Shown: positions 1 through 8,628 of the stretch, piece after piece
How the letters are laid out: the number at the start of each line of letters is the position of its first letter
How positions within the stretch are numbered: position 1 is the first letter of the stretch
Source of the DNA: a virus
Strand: one strand, 5' to 3'
Virus genome (UHGV): UHGV-0362220
Length of the DNA: 25,918 nucleotides
Notes under the pieces: generated by a model
Databases searched by the model: none
Seen by the model: the letters and a program-made list of their open reading frames with translations, nothing else
Told to the model about the DNA's origin: nothing
Program-made: the position numbers and the translations under genes

Positions 1-74
1 CACAACATCCGAGGACAGCAACACCCGATACTTTTTCCTGGCTTCCAGCAACGGGGTTTCTTCCTCCGTTGCAT
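1..74 (-). CDS. hypothetical protein, N-terminal fragment running off the left edge (MQRRKKPRCWKPGKSIGCCCPRML...)
   Basis: ATG at 74..72 preceded by AGGTGA about 7 nt upstream, 17 nt after the stop of the 92..385 ORF; frame open to the window edge. Only 24 codons visible, cysteine-rich; identity unknown. Confidence 0.2.
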   Translation of the reverse strand, partial: MQRRKKPRCWKPGKSIGCCCPRML

Positions 75-91
75 ATACAGCTCACCTTTTT

Positions 92-385
92 TCACCCACG
101 ATTAACCAACAGCCAGACCAGCAGACACGCCACCACCGGCACAGCAAAATCCATCAGGCTTGCCACATCCCAAGCTCGCGGATCAAAACCGCCCCACCAC
201 GGCATATTCATTCGCTTGCCATGCCCGAACATTTCAATCCAGCGATATTCTGCCTGGGTATGTTCACGCGCAATGAAGAACGTACAACCGGCTATCGCTC
301 CGTAAGCCCAGTTTCCGGTAAAAAGACCAACCAGTATCTGCGCAGCCACAGCACAAAGTGCATGAAGTAAGGGGCTTATATCCAT
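92..385 (-). CDS. hypothetical small membrane protein (97 aa, two predicted transmembrane helices)
   Basis: ATG at 385 preceded by AAGGAGG with a 5 nt spacer; two hydrophobic segments (LLHALCAVAAQILVGLFTG... and LMDFAVPVVACLLVWLLV) flank a W/G-rich loop (NMPWWGGFDPRAW). No family recognised. Confidence 0.6.
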   Translation of the reverse strand: MDISPLLHALCAVAAQILVGLFTGNWAYGAIAGCTFFIAREHTQAEYRWIEMFGHGKRMNMPWWGGFDPRAWDVASLMDFAVPVVACLLVWLLVNRG

Positions 386-397
386 TATTTCCTCCTT

Positions 398-676
398 TCA
401 GCTCCATTCCCGAAGCGGTGTTTCCAGCTCCACGACATAATCAGAGAATACAGAAACATCAAACAAGTCATCAAGAATGCGAATGTTGACAAAATAACCG
501 TCATTCCGGACACAGACAGGTTCTCCCTCTTCTGTTACCCCTGTTTCTGTGTAGGTGAAACCAATTTCATCGACTAACAGTTTATTCTGGAGGTCTTCAT
601 CCTCCTCCCAGTCAAGAGATGACAGGAAGGATTTAAACTCTCTGTTACCAGGAAATTTCAAAGTTAAATCTTTCAT
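398..676 (-). CDS. hypothetical acidic protein (92 aa), translationally coupled to the side tail fiber gene
   Basis: ATG overlaps the stf stop as ATGA (673..676); AAGGAGG lies in the last stf codons 4 nt upstream. Strongly acidic (WEEDEDLQ..., TEEGEP...). Sits where lambda has tfa, but no Tfa similarity recognised. Confidence 0.6.
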   Translation of the reverse strand: MKDLTLKFPGNREFKSFLSSLDWEEDEDLQNKLLVDEIGFTYTETGVTEEGEPVCVRNDGYFVNIRILDDLFDVSVFSDYVVELETPLREWS

Positions 677-2700
677 ACTGCCTCCTTGATTTGCCTGTCA
701 TTTAATTCTTTAAACCAGACTCTGAAATTTCTGATGTGTCCAAACAAATGACGCGTTCCTGCTGCGGTCTGCCCACCAAACCGGTACGATGTTGCTGTAA
801 CTCCAAATATTTTACCATTAAGGTTTGTTGTATAATTACCATTGCATATTGCATTTACTGATAAATCAGATTTAGCTCTCACACCCACAATGAACCTTTC
901 TCCATCTGAGGCAATTTGTGGCTGAACCATTCCTACGTTGGCGCTTATCTTTCCTGTTGCAACAAACCCCAGCGATAAATAATTATCATCAATACTGTGC
1001 CCTCCAACATCAAATATCCTTGGCGCAACATTGGGCGGTGTACTCCAGTTCCTGCTTACTTCGCACAATACCGTAAAAGGCCGTGTTGACAGGTTATTCT
1101 GCGATGGGATAGTAACTACATCACTTGCGCGTGTTGTTGGCATTGTAGTTACAATAAATGACGATGCCGTATTGCCCAGTTCAATTTGCGGCGTCGTCAT
1201 GGTTAATGTTGAGTCATCATAGAATGTCTCATTACTTATTTTATTTGTCATATAAAAAGCACAGTTAACGGTATCAATGTCCGTATTAGCTGTATAAGTG
1301 GCCTCATAGTAGGTCCACTCGCCCTGTTGTTCAGCTTTGGCTGTTATAAGGGATGTATTACCGCTTACTGTTGCGATCCGGGTATCCAGATCAAGATAAG
1401 AGTCAGCAGAGAAGGTATCTGTTCCACCAATAATAACTGAAACTCTTAACCTGCATCGTGCTTTAGCGCCTTTAACCCGGCACGAAAAAGTGAAACATTC
1501 ACCACTTGCCAGCGGGAATCTGTCTGCTGCAACCACACCATGCACAGTATAGCCACCTGTTGTTCCCACTATACTTTCCGTGGGTGTCACCGTGGCATAA
1601 TTGAACCCCTGTTTATCAGTGCCAAATGTTTTATTCAGTGCGGAATGAACAGTCCATGAGTCTGGTTTATTTGAGTTCCTCAGATAATTTGTCCTCTGTC
1701 CTTCAATCAATAAGCCATCGCGCTCAAATCGCGGTTCGTCAACTTCAGCAAGCTTGAGTTGGCCGGACTTATTAATATACGTTGCTGTTGAAGCACGTTT
1801 AAACTTAACAATCTTGTCGCCTGGCATTGTTATTTCATCGTCACCAATAACTATCTTTTTATAAGATGGCGAAAAACCCGTAATCATATCCAGTGAATCG
1901 TTAAACGGTATCCACACATCAGGCAGCGGCGGCACTATATTCGCACAGGGCTCTGCAGTCACTTCCGCTGCGGCTTCTGCGCGGTCTGCCGCCTTTTCAG
2001 CTCGTGTCGCTGCCGACAGAGCCTCATCCTTTTTCTGCCCGGCCTTTGTTGCGTCTGCTGCGGCCTCCCGCGCTTTTGTGGTGGCGACTCCGGCATTTTC
2101 AGCGGCTGACTCTGCATTACGGCGGGAAGCCTCTTCACTGTCTGCGGAGGCTTCTTCTGACGCACGGGCATTTGTCTCTGAACGTTCTGCCGCTGTTGCT
2201 GCGTTTTGTGCGGCTGTTTTTGAAGAAGCTGCCGCTTTCGCGCTGTTACCTGCATTCGTCTCTGATGTTTTCGCCGCGTTCCTGGACGATGCCGCTGCTG
2301 TTTCTGATTTCTTTGCTGCCGCTGCGCTCTGAGAGGCGGCTTCAGCGTTGCGTGCCGCCTCTTCCACCATCTTTTCAAAACGATACAGTGCCTCCGGACA
2401 AACATCATCTTCTGTTGCAGCGCCCAGAAAATCATTCAATGTCCCCGGCTTAGAATCCTCATACACGGTGATGGTCCCGGCATGTGAAGGCGGAAAACCT
2501 TCAACCAGCAGGGCGACGCTGTACTGGCCATACTCAACATCCATGCTGTAACGTCCGGCTTCATCCGGATTTTCTGAGGCCACCGTGTTCACCACAACTG
2601 TGGTGCTGTTACGTTTTGCTTTGAGCTGAATGGTGCAGTTCTGTATCGGTTTTCCTGCACCGTCTTTCAGCACACCTGAAATCTGTACTGCCATATTCAC
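673..2700 (-). CDS. stf: side tail fiber protein (lambda Stf-like N-terminal anchor, Ala/Ser/Glu-rich linker, unrelated C-terminal domain)
   Basis: First ~110 aa (MAVQISGVLKDGAGKPIQNCTIQLKAKRNSTTVVVNTV...EAGRYSMDVEYGQYS...PPSHAGTITVYED) match lambda Stf as recalled; residues ~110-240 are low-complexity A/S/E/K-rich; the C-terminal ~430 aa were not recognised. Confidence 0.85.
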   Translation of the reverse strand: MNMAVQISGVLKDGAGKPIQNCTIQLKAKRNSTTVVVNTVASENPDEAGRYSMDVEYGQYSVALLVEGFPPSHAGTITVYEDSKPGTLNDFLGAATEDDVCPEALYRFEKMVEEAARNAEAASQSAAAAKKSETAAASSRNAAKTSETNAGNSAKAAASSKTAAQNAATAAERSETNARASEEASADSEEASRRNAESAAENAGVATTKAREAAADATKAGQKKDEALSAATRAEKAADRAEAAAEVTAEPCANIVPPLPDVWIPFNDSLDMITGFSPSYKKIVIGDDEITMPGDKIVKFKRASTATYINKSGQLKLAEVDEPRFERDGLLIEGQRTNYLRNSNKPDSWTVHSALNKTFGTDKQGFNYATVTPTESIVGTTGGYTVHGVVAADRFPLASGECFTFSCRVKGAKARCRLRVSVIIGGTDTFSADSYLDLDTRIATVSGNTSLITAKAEQQGEWTYYEATYTANTDIDTVNCAFYMTNKISNETFYDDSTLTMTTPQIELGNTASSFIVTTMPTTRASDVVTIPSQNNLSTRPFTVLCEVSRNWSTPPNVAPRIFDVGGHSIDDNYLSLGFVATGKISANVGMVQPQIASDGERFIVGVRAKSDLSVNAICNGNYTTNLNGKIFGVTATSYRFGGQTAAGTRHLFGHIRNFRVWFKELNDRQIKEAV

Positions 2701-2707
2701 TCCACAA

Positions 2708-2733
2708 ATAAAAAAGGCACCATTTCTGGTGCC
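2708..2733 (-). terminator. tJ-like intrinsic terminator between J and stf
   Basis: Minus-strand RNA: stem GGCACC (2733..2728), loop AGAAAU, stem GGUGCC (2721..2716), then UUUUUUAUUU. Ends 8 nt before the stf start codon. Confidence 0.5.
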
Positions 2734-2752
2734 CGAATTTGGGTTTTAAAAT

Positions 2753-5700
2753 TCAACTGATACTGATGCCGGCTGTTGATTTCTTCATCACGACAACAAG
2801 AAGGTCGCTGATACTGGTCGTTGGCGTCCAGTTATTTGCACCATATGAAGAAACATTGAAAGTCAGGGTGACATGGCCGTGTCCGGCAGGCATATCAATG
2901 ACTGATGAAAATACCCTGCTGACATCCGTCGCGGGTTGCTGAAAGATTTCCTGTCCGTTCTTCAGCACCTGCAGCTTACAGGTTGAATACCAGTATGACT
3001 GTTGGTTGTTGCTGTTGAAGTTTTCATGCTTACCACCGCGAAACAGAACGGGGGGGACGACTATCTGACGGTCAAAAGCCTGGTCATCGTACACAGTGAC
3101 CGTTATTGTACCGCTGGCATAACTGCCATTTCTCGGAAAGGCTTTTCCCACCGTTTTGACAATATCACCTTCAATCTGGTTAGCTGACAGTTTTCCCAGA
3201 ATCCGACAGTTCTGGTTAATCGTGACATTATTGAGCGTCCCGGAGTTCGCATTCACGTTACCGCTGATATCCGCATTTCTCGCAGAAAGTCGACCATCAG
3301 GTGTCAGTGAAAACGTTGGGGGATTGCCACCGCTGGTAATGGTGGGAGCCGTCAGATATTTCAGGAACACTTCGTTCATGAATATCTGATCGCCCTGCCC
3401 AACAAACATCGGCTTTGTATTGCCATTCGCAGGATTAATCATCGCAATCCTGTCCGCCGCCAGCAGCACCTGACTCTGCATACCGTCAGGGGTATTCTCA
3501 ATACCGGCACCAATACCCGCGATATAAAGGCGTCCGTCCTGCATCTGCTGCAGCTTCACAGCCCACATGCTGTTCAGGTTATTATTTGTATCAACCTGAA
3601 CCTTCTGTATCTGCTGGATCGCTGCACTCTGGTCTTCCAGTTTCTTATTGACGGTCTGCGTGATTTCATTGCTGACATCCGTAATGGACGTCCTGATTTC
3701 AGCCAGGTCAGGCGCAAGCTGACCGTTATCAATCTGCGTCCACAACTCCTGAGCCAGATGGGTTTTCCCTATCTCTCCTTTGAAAAAATCCAGATAGCCG
3801 GATGCATCATCACTCGGCTGGCCAACAGCCTCCACAAATGCCGATTTGCCAACGGTGTTCACACTGCGAATGTAAAAATAATAATCATGGCCCGGTTTGA
3901 TATTGATACTGGCGGCTATCCAGTACAGCGCCGTACCAAGATAACGCGCGCTGGCTTCAACCTGCCTGATATCCGCAATCCGCTTTTCCGAGAACCAGAA
4001 CTCAAACTGTACCGTCGGATCATAAACGGCAAGATGCGGCGTTGCGGTTATCTGAAAATAGCCCGGCGTCAGCTCAATCCGCGATGGCGCTGCCGGTGCG
4101 GCAATCCGGAACGATACCGACGCCGGATCCCCCTGCTGCCCCCACGCATTTACCGCCCGGACTGTCAGCCTGTAGTTCCCCAGCGCCAGTTGCCTGAAGC
4201 GGTATGTGGTTTCCGTCGTCCTGGCCGTGCTGACCAGCCGCTCACTGCCGTCATCCGCTGCCACGGTCAGGCGAAGCATAAAGCTCACCCCCTTCACCAC
4301 CTTCGGTGTGTCCCATCGCGCCAGCACCTGATATTCCCCGCTGTCTGCGGTGACTTCTGCGGTCAGGTGCTGCACCGCGGGCGGCGTGACACCATTCACC
4401 GTGCCACTCTGTTCGCCGTCAAAGTGCGCCCCGTTATCCACGATGGTCTCTTTTTCCGGCACATGCTGCACGGCGGTGATGGCATACGTGCCGTCGTCGT
4501 TTTCACGGATACTCACGCAGCGGAACAGTCGCTGGCGCAGCGTCGGCAGCTTCAGCCCCCATACGCTGTATTCAGCAACACCGTCAGGAACACGGCTCAC
4601 TTTCACCTTCACGCCGTCGGTGACGGACTGAACCTCCACGCTGACCGGATTGCCACTTCCGTCAACCAGGCTTATCAGCGTGGTACCGGAGGATGGCAGC
4701 GTGATTTCACGGTCGAGCGTCAGCGTCCGGGTCTGGCTGTTCACCGCCAGCACACGACCACCGGTGCTGATACCGGCATAGTCATCATCGCAGATTTCAA
4801 TGACATCCCCCGGTACATGGCGAAGCCCTTCAGCACCCACGCTGAAGTCCACGGTCTGCGTTTCCAGCAGCTCCGTTTTAATCAGCCACAGCCCGGCGCG
4901 GTGTGCCTGCCCCCGGCTGGTACAGCCAAAGGCATCCATCTTCGTGACGTTACGGCCGTAACGGGCAATGGCCTGCGTATCCTCCACGAGCTCTGTCGCC
5001 GTCTCCCAGCCGTTATCCGGGTCAATCCAGTTCACCTCAACGGCATTATGGCGGTCCTTCAGGGCGCTGAAGCTGTAGCGGAACGGCGCGCCATCATCCG
5101 GCATCACCACATTACTGCGGTTATAGGTCCACACCTTATCTGATGGTCGGTCCTGCACGAACGTCAGCGTCTGCCCGTTCCATACCGGCATACAGCGCAT
5201 CGCCGAGCAGAAATCACTGAGCACATCCCACGCCTTGCGCTGTGTGGTCAGGTACGCATTACAGGTAATGCGCGGCTCCGTGCCGCCAAAGCCGTCCGGC
5301 ACCGACTGGTCGCAGTACTGGCCGATGACATACAGCGCCCATTTATCCACATCCGCCGCACCAAGACGTTTCCCCATGCCGTAGCGCGGATGGGTCAGCA
5401 TATCCCACAGACACCAGGCCATGTTGTTGCTGTATGCCGGTTTTAACGTTCCGTCCCAGATACCGCTGTATTGCCGCGTCTGCGGGTTATAGTTCGACGG
5501 CACCTGCAGAATGCGCCCGCGAAGATGATAATTACGGCTCACCTGCTGGCTGCCGAACTGCTCCGAGTCCACCTGCACGCCAACCAGTGCCGTGTTCGGG
5601 TAGCACTGTTTCACATCGATGATTTCGGTGTATGACGACCAGAGCGTTTTGTTCAGCAGCTGGTCTGTGGTGCTGTCCGGCGTCATCCTGCGCATCCGGA

Positions 5701-6235
5701 TATTAAACGGGCGCGGCGGCAGGTTATCCACCACCACCGAGGCCAGATACTGCGAGGTGGTTTTGCCCTTAATGGTGATGTCTTTTTCCGTCACCCAGCC
5801 ACCGTTACGCTGTATCTGAACCAGCAGGCGAACTTCCGACGGATTCCTGTCTCCCTTTGAGGTGGTTTCCACCAGTGCCTGTACACCGAAGGTAAAGCGC
5901 AGACGGTCGATGTTTGCCGACGTGATGGTCCGGGTGATCGGCGTGTCATATTTCACTTCCGTACCCAGCACCGTCTCGGAGCCGGAGGATTCAAATCCCT
6001 CCGGCGGTGACTGCTCCTGCTCACCGGCCCGGAACACCACCGTGACGCCGGATATATTGGTATTCCCCTCACTGTCCAGCACCGGCGTACTGTTCAGCAG
6101 CACGCTTTTTAATCCATCCACCGGACCTTCAACCGGCCCTTCGCTGATGGCATCGATCACACTCAGCAGCTGCGTGGACTTCAGGTTGTCCTTCGCTTCG
6201 CGCGGGGTATGCCCCTTACTGCTGCCTTTACCCAT
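2753..6235 (-). CDS. J: tail tip central fiber / host specificity protein J (1160 aa)
   Basis: Near-identical to lambda J over the N-terminal ~790 aa as recalled ([34 protein letters not shown]...); central and C-terminal parts diverge. Confidence 0.95.
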   Translation of the reverse strand: MGKGSSKGHTPREAKDNLKSTQLLSVIDAISEGPVEGPVDGLKSVLLNSTPVLDSEGNTNISGVTVVFRAGEQEQSPPEGFESSGSETVLGTEVKYDTPITRTITSANIDRLRFTFGVQALVETTSKGDRNPSEVRLLVQIQRNGGWVTEKDITIKGKTTSQYLASVVVDNLPPRPFNIRMRRMTPDSTTDQLLNKTLWSSYTEIIDVKQCYPNTALVGVQVDSEQFGSQQVSRNYHLRGRILQVPSNYNPQTRQYSGIWDGTLKPAYSNNMAWCLWDMLTHPRYGMGKRLGAADVDKWALYVIGQYCDQSVPDGFGGTEPRITCNAYLTTQRKAWDVLSDFCSAMRCMPVWNGQTLTFVQDRPSDKVWTYNRSNVVMPDDGAPFRYSFSALKDRHNAVEVNWIDPDNGWETATELVEDTQAIARYGRNVTKMDAFGCTSRGQAHRAGLWLIKTELLETQTVDFSVGAEGLRHVPGDVIEICDDDYAGISTGGRVLAVNSQTRTLTLDREITLPSSGTTLISLVDGSGNPVSVEVQSVTDGVKVKVSRVPDGVAEYSVWGLKLPTLRQRLFRCVSIRENDDGTYAITAVQHVPEKETIVDNGAHFDGEQSGTVNGVTPPAVQHLTAEVTADSGEYQVLARWDTPKVVKGVSFMLRLTVAADDGSERLVSTARTTETTYRFRQLALGNYRLTVRAVNAWGQQGDPASVSFRIAAPAAPSRIELTPGYFQITATPHLAVYDPTVQFEFWFSEKRIADIRQVEASARYLGTALYWIAASINIKPGHDYYFYIRSVNTVGKSAFVEAVGQPSDDASGYLDFFKGEIGKTHLAQELWTQIDNGQLAPDLAEIRTSITDVSNEITQTVNKKLEDQSAAIQQIQKVQVDTNNNLNSMWAVKLQQMQDGRLYIAGIGAGIENTPDGMQSQVLLAADRIAMINPANGNTKPMFVGQGDQIFMNEVFLKYLTAPTITSGGNPPTFSLTPDGRLSARNADISGNVNANSGTLNNVTINQNCRILGKLSANQIEGDIVKTVGKAFPRNGSYASGTITVTVYDDQAFDRQIVVPPVLFRGGKHENFNSNNQQSYWYSTCKLQVLKNGQEIFQQPATDVSRVFSSVIDMPAGHGHVTLTFNVSSYGANNWTPTTSISDLLVVVMKKSTAGISIS

Positions 6236-6250
6236 TCGTCATGCTCCATA

Positions 6251-6277
6251 AACGATAAAACCGCCCGGAGGCGGTTT
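6251..6277 (-). terminator. weak hairpin plus U-rich tract between I and J
   Basis: Plus-strand stem CCGCC (6261..6265), loop CGGA, GGCGG (6270..6274), extendable by A-U pairs; on the minus strand followed by UUUUAUCGUUUAU then the J SD (GGAG) and start. Confidence 0.3.
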
Positions 6278-6295
6278 CACATAAAACGTTTTTCA

Positions 6296-6937
6296 TCAGC
6301 GACCAATCACCACAACCTGACCACCATCACCTTCATCTGCTGTGCTGATCTCCTGAGATACCACACGTGATCCCACGCGCATTTCACCGTACAGAACGGG
6401 CAGAACATTGCCCTGGGCAACCATATTATCCAGTGAAGAAAAATAGGTGTTCTGTTTGCCGTTATCCGTTGTCTGTGTGCGGGGGGTTCTGGGTTTAGGG
6501 GCCAGCATCTGTGCAACACCGCCAAGCGTCATACTGGCACCGAGAGAAAACAGCAGATTACTCGCCATAATTCCTACCCCCGGCATCCATATAGCAACCG
6601 CCATAACAGCCGCCCCCAGCACAGCCTGAAACACACCGCCACTTTTGGCTCCTGCCAGACGCGGCACGATATGGATCACAGCACCATTTGCCAGCGGTTC
6701 ATTAAGACGGGCTGATAATTCCGTTTCACCTGTATCACGCCCGGCAATCCGTACCTGATACCAGCCGTCGCTCAGTTTCTGACGAAACGCCGGGAGCTGT
6801 GTGGCCAGCGCCCGGATGGCTTCAGCCCCCGTTTTCACACGAAGGTCGATGCGGCGGCCAAATCGTTGTAAATCCCCGTAAAGGCAGATGCGCGCCATGC
6901 CCGGTGACGCCAGAGGGAGTGTGTGCGTCGCTGCCAT
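6296..6937 (-). CDS. I: tail assembly protein I
   Basis: N-terminal ~70 aa and C-terminal ~80 aa match lambda gpI as recalled (MAATHTLPLASPGMARICLYGDLQRFGRRIDLRVKTGAEAIRAL...; ...NGKQNTYFSSLDNMVAQGNVLPVLYGEMRVGSRVVSQE...). Overlaps K as in lambda. Confidence 0.95.
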   Translation of the reverse strand: MAATHTLPLASPGMARICLYGDLQRFGRRIDLRVKTGAEAIRALATQLPAFRQKLSDGWYQVRIAGRDTGETELSARLNEPLANGAVIHIVPRLAGAKSGGVFQAVLGAAVMAVAIWMPGVGIMASNLLFSLGASMTLGGVAQMLAPKPRTPRTQTTDNGKQNTYFSSLDNMVAQGNVLPVLYGEMRVGSRVVSQEISTADEGDGGQVVVIGR

Positions 6938-7578
6938 TTGTCGGTATACCTCTCTCGTTTGCTCAGTTGTTCAGGAATATGGTGCAGCAGCTCGCCATCA
7001 CCACAGTAAATGGCGGCATGATTCGGCACCGATGAACCAAAACAGCACAGCAGCACATCGCCCGGTTGTGCTGATGACAACGGCACCTGATACAGCCCTG
7101 TGGCCTCCAGATTATCCAGATAGAGATTCTGACCGTGACGCCACCAGTCATCCCCGCGATGAAAATCCGGCATCTCAATCCCCGCCAGATGATAAGCATC
7201 CCGGAACAGCGTGTAACAGTCCGTCACCCCGTGCTCAAAGCGCCGTCCTGTCAGATGTGGCACACAGCGGAATTTGTGAATGTCACCCCGGCAGACCAGC
7301 CACCAGGGCAGTGCGCTTTTTATCTGCAGCCGCCGGTCAGCCTCGCTCAGCCAGGGCAGCCCACCGGGATGACTGTGGACCAGTGCCACAATCTCCCCCT
7401 GCATCTCTGCCCGCAGCCAGTCTTCCGGTGCGATACGAAAATACGCCTCCGGCTCTGCAGAAATATTCACACAAGGGATATACCACTCCCCCTCCGACGT
7501 GCTTATCACGAAGCCGCACGACTCCGCAGGCGCACACCGCCGGGCATGCGCCAGAATCGCTGATTCAGTCTGTGTCAT
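6835..7578 (-). CDS. K: tail assembly protein K
   Basis: From the internal Met (MTQTESAILAHARRCAPAESCGF...HSHPGG...) the product matches lambda gpK as recalled. The listed 334-aa ORF is an upstream extension overlapping L and is not used. Confidence 0.9.
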   Translation of the reverse strand: MTQTESAILAHARRCAPAESCGFVISTSEGEWYIPCVNISAEPEAYFRIAPEDWLRAEMQGEIVALVHSHPGGLPWLSEADRRLQIKSALPWWLVCRGDIHKFRCVPHLTGRRFEHGVTDCYTLFRDAYHLAGIEMPDFHRGDDWWRHGQNLYLDNLEATGLYQVPLSSAQPGDVLLCCFGSSVPNHAAIYCGDGELLHHIPEQLSKRERYTDKWQRRTHSLWRHRAWRASAFTGIYNDLAAASTFV

Positions 7579-7588
7579 AAACCGGGAT

Positions 7589-8287
7589 TTACTGCGAAAG
7601 TTTATTAATGGAAAGGAAACCGCCAAAATTGCCGACATTCCTGCGCAGTTCACACCCGCGCATGCACTTGCTGCATCTGTCCTTACGGATATCCGTGGTG
7701 GGGTTGTCGAACTCATCCGCCACCGCAGGACCGTTATACCCGCATTCATCTCCCCGGTAATCCCACATACAGGTGTTCGCCAGCATGATGCGACCGGGAA
7801 ACAGCGCCCCATCCGTCTCGGTCGGTGTAGCCAGCACAAACGAGGCCGTCATGGCTGTCAGCTGCGACATCTGCTCCACCACCCAGCGGTCACTCAGCTC
7901 CTGCTCCGGGTCCGCCTCCGGATTGCCCGCAACGAAATTCACCGCATCCAGAAAACGGGCATACACCCGGCGGCGGACCACCGTGGCCCCCACCAGACTC
8001 TGCAGGTCTTCCGCCATCCCGGTGACCAGACCGAACAGATTGGACACCGTCAGCGACGGTCTGGCACTGCTGCCCTTCCCGCTCATCTCAAAACCGCTGC
8101 CGTCAATCGGGTATGCCTGATATTGCCGCCCCTGCCAGGTGACCGGCTCCCCTTTTTCATTCAGCTCATTACAGAAAAAATACCGCTCACCGCCCTGTAC
8201 CGTCAGGTCGATTTCCCAGAGTACCACCCGCGGTGACTGCTCTGACTTAACCGACTCGTTCAGACTTTCTTCGCGAATATCCTGCAT
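7589..8287 (-). CDS. L: minor tail protein L
   Basis: Lambda gpL-like (MQDIREESLNESVKSEQSPRVVLWEIDLT..., Cys-rich C-terminus). Start overlaps the M stop as ATGA. Confidence 0.9.
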   Translation of the reverse strand: MQDIREESLNESVKSEQSPRVVLWEIDLTVQGGERYFFCNELNEKGEPVTWQGRQYQAYPIDGSGFEMSGKGSSARPSLTVSNLFGLVTGMAEDLQSLVGATVVRRRVYARFLDAVNFVAGNPEADPEQELSDRWVVEQMSQLTAMTASFVLATPTETDGALFPGRIMLANTCMWDYRGDECGYNGPAVADEFDNPTTDIRKDRCSKCMRGCELRRNVGNFGGFLSINKLSQ

Positions 8288-8628
8288 CAGTTCACCACCT
8301 GCTCAATCGTACAACTGAAATCACTGTGCCTGGCGTTATCTGTGACGCTCCACTCCCGGCACACCACCCTCACCGTCAGGTTATGTTTCGGCGGTCGCCA
8401 CAAAAAGGCACGGTAACCACCATGCCACGATAAAAATTCATCCAGCCAGCGCCGGGTTGGTTCATCCGTCACCCGGAACACCGCCTGAAACGTCTTCAGT
8501 CTGGCATTAAGTCCCGTCGGTCGGCGCTGTTCATAACCGTCACCAAACCGAACCCTCACCACCGACGGTTTCTCACTCACCTGCATCCCTTCACGCGGGA
8601 CCAGATGCAGCGTTTTTATCTCAGCCAC
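8287..8628 (-). CDS. M: minor tail protein M
   Basis: Lambda gpM-like (...VRFGDGYEQRRPTGLNARLKTF...; ends EQVVN as in lambda M). Position between H and L. Confidence 0.9.
   Translation of the reverse strand: MAEIKTLHLVPREGMQVSEKPSVVRVRFGDGYEQRRPTGLNARLKTFQAVFRVTDEPTRRWLDEFLSWHGGYRAFLWRPPKHNLTVRVVCREWSVTDNARHSDFSCTIEQVVN

Noticed and set aside
1959-2453. Three overlapping ORFs on both strands within stf (1959..2435 minus, 2004..2453 plus, 2078..2332 plus)
   Set aside because: They arise from the GC-rich low-complexity Ala/Ser/Glu-coding repeat of the Stf spacer, which is open in several frames; the Stf frame is the only one with homology and continuity.
3758-5143. 461-aa plus-strand ORF antisense to J
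   Set aside because: Shadow ORF inside a well-supported minus-strand gene; Arg/Pro/His-rich composition, no SD, no recognisable domain. Other long plus-strand ORFs opposite H, K/L, portal, capsid and terL (for example 7499..8236, 10725..11432, 14912..15610, 16499..17077, 17829..18722, 20751..21356) were rejected for the same reason.
6835-7839. 334-aa ORF extending upstream of K
   Set aside because: The first 87 codons overlap L in another frame and have no homology; the lambda K match begins at the internal Met at 7578.
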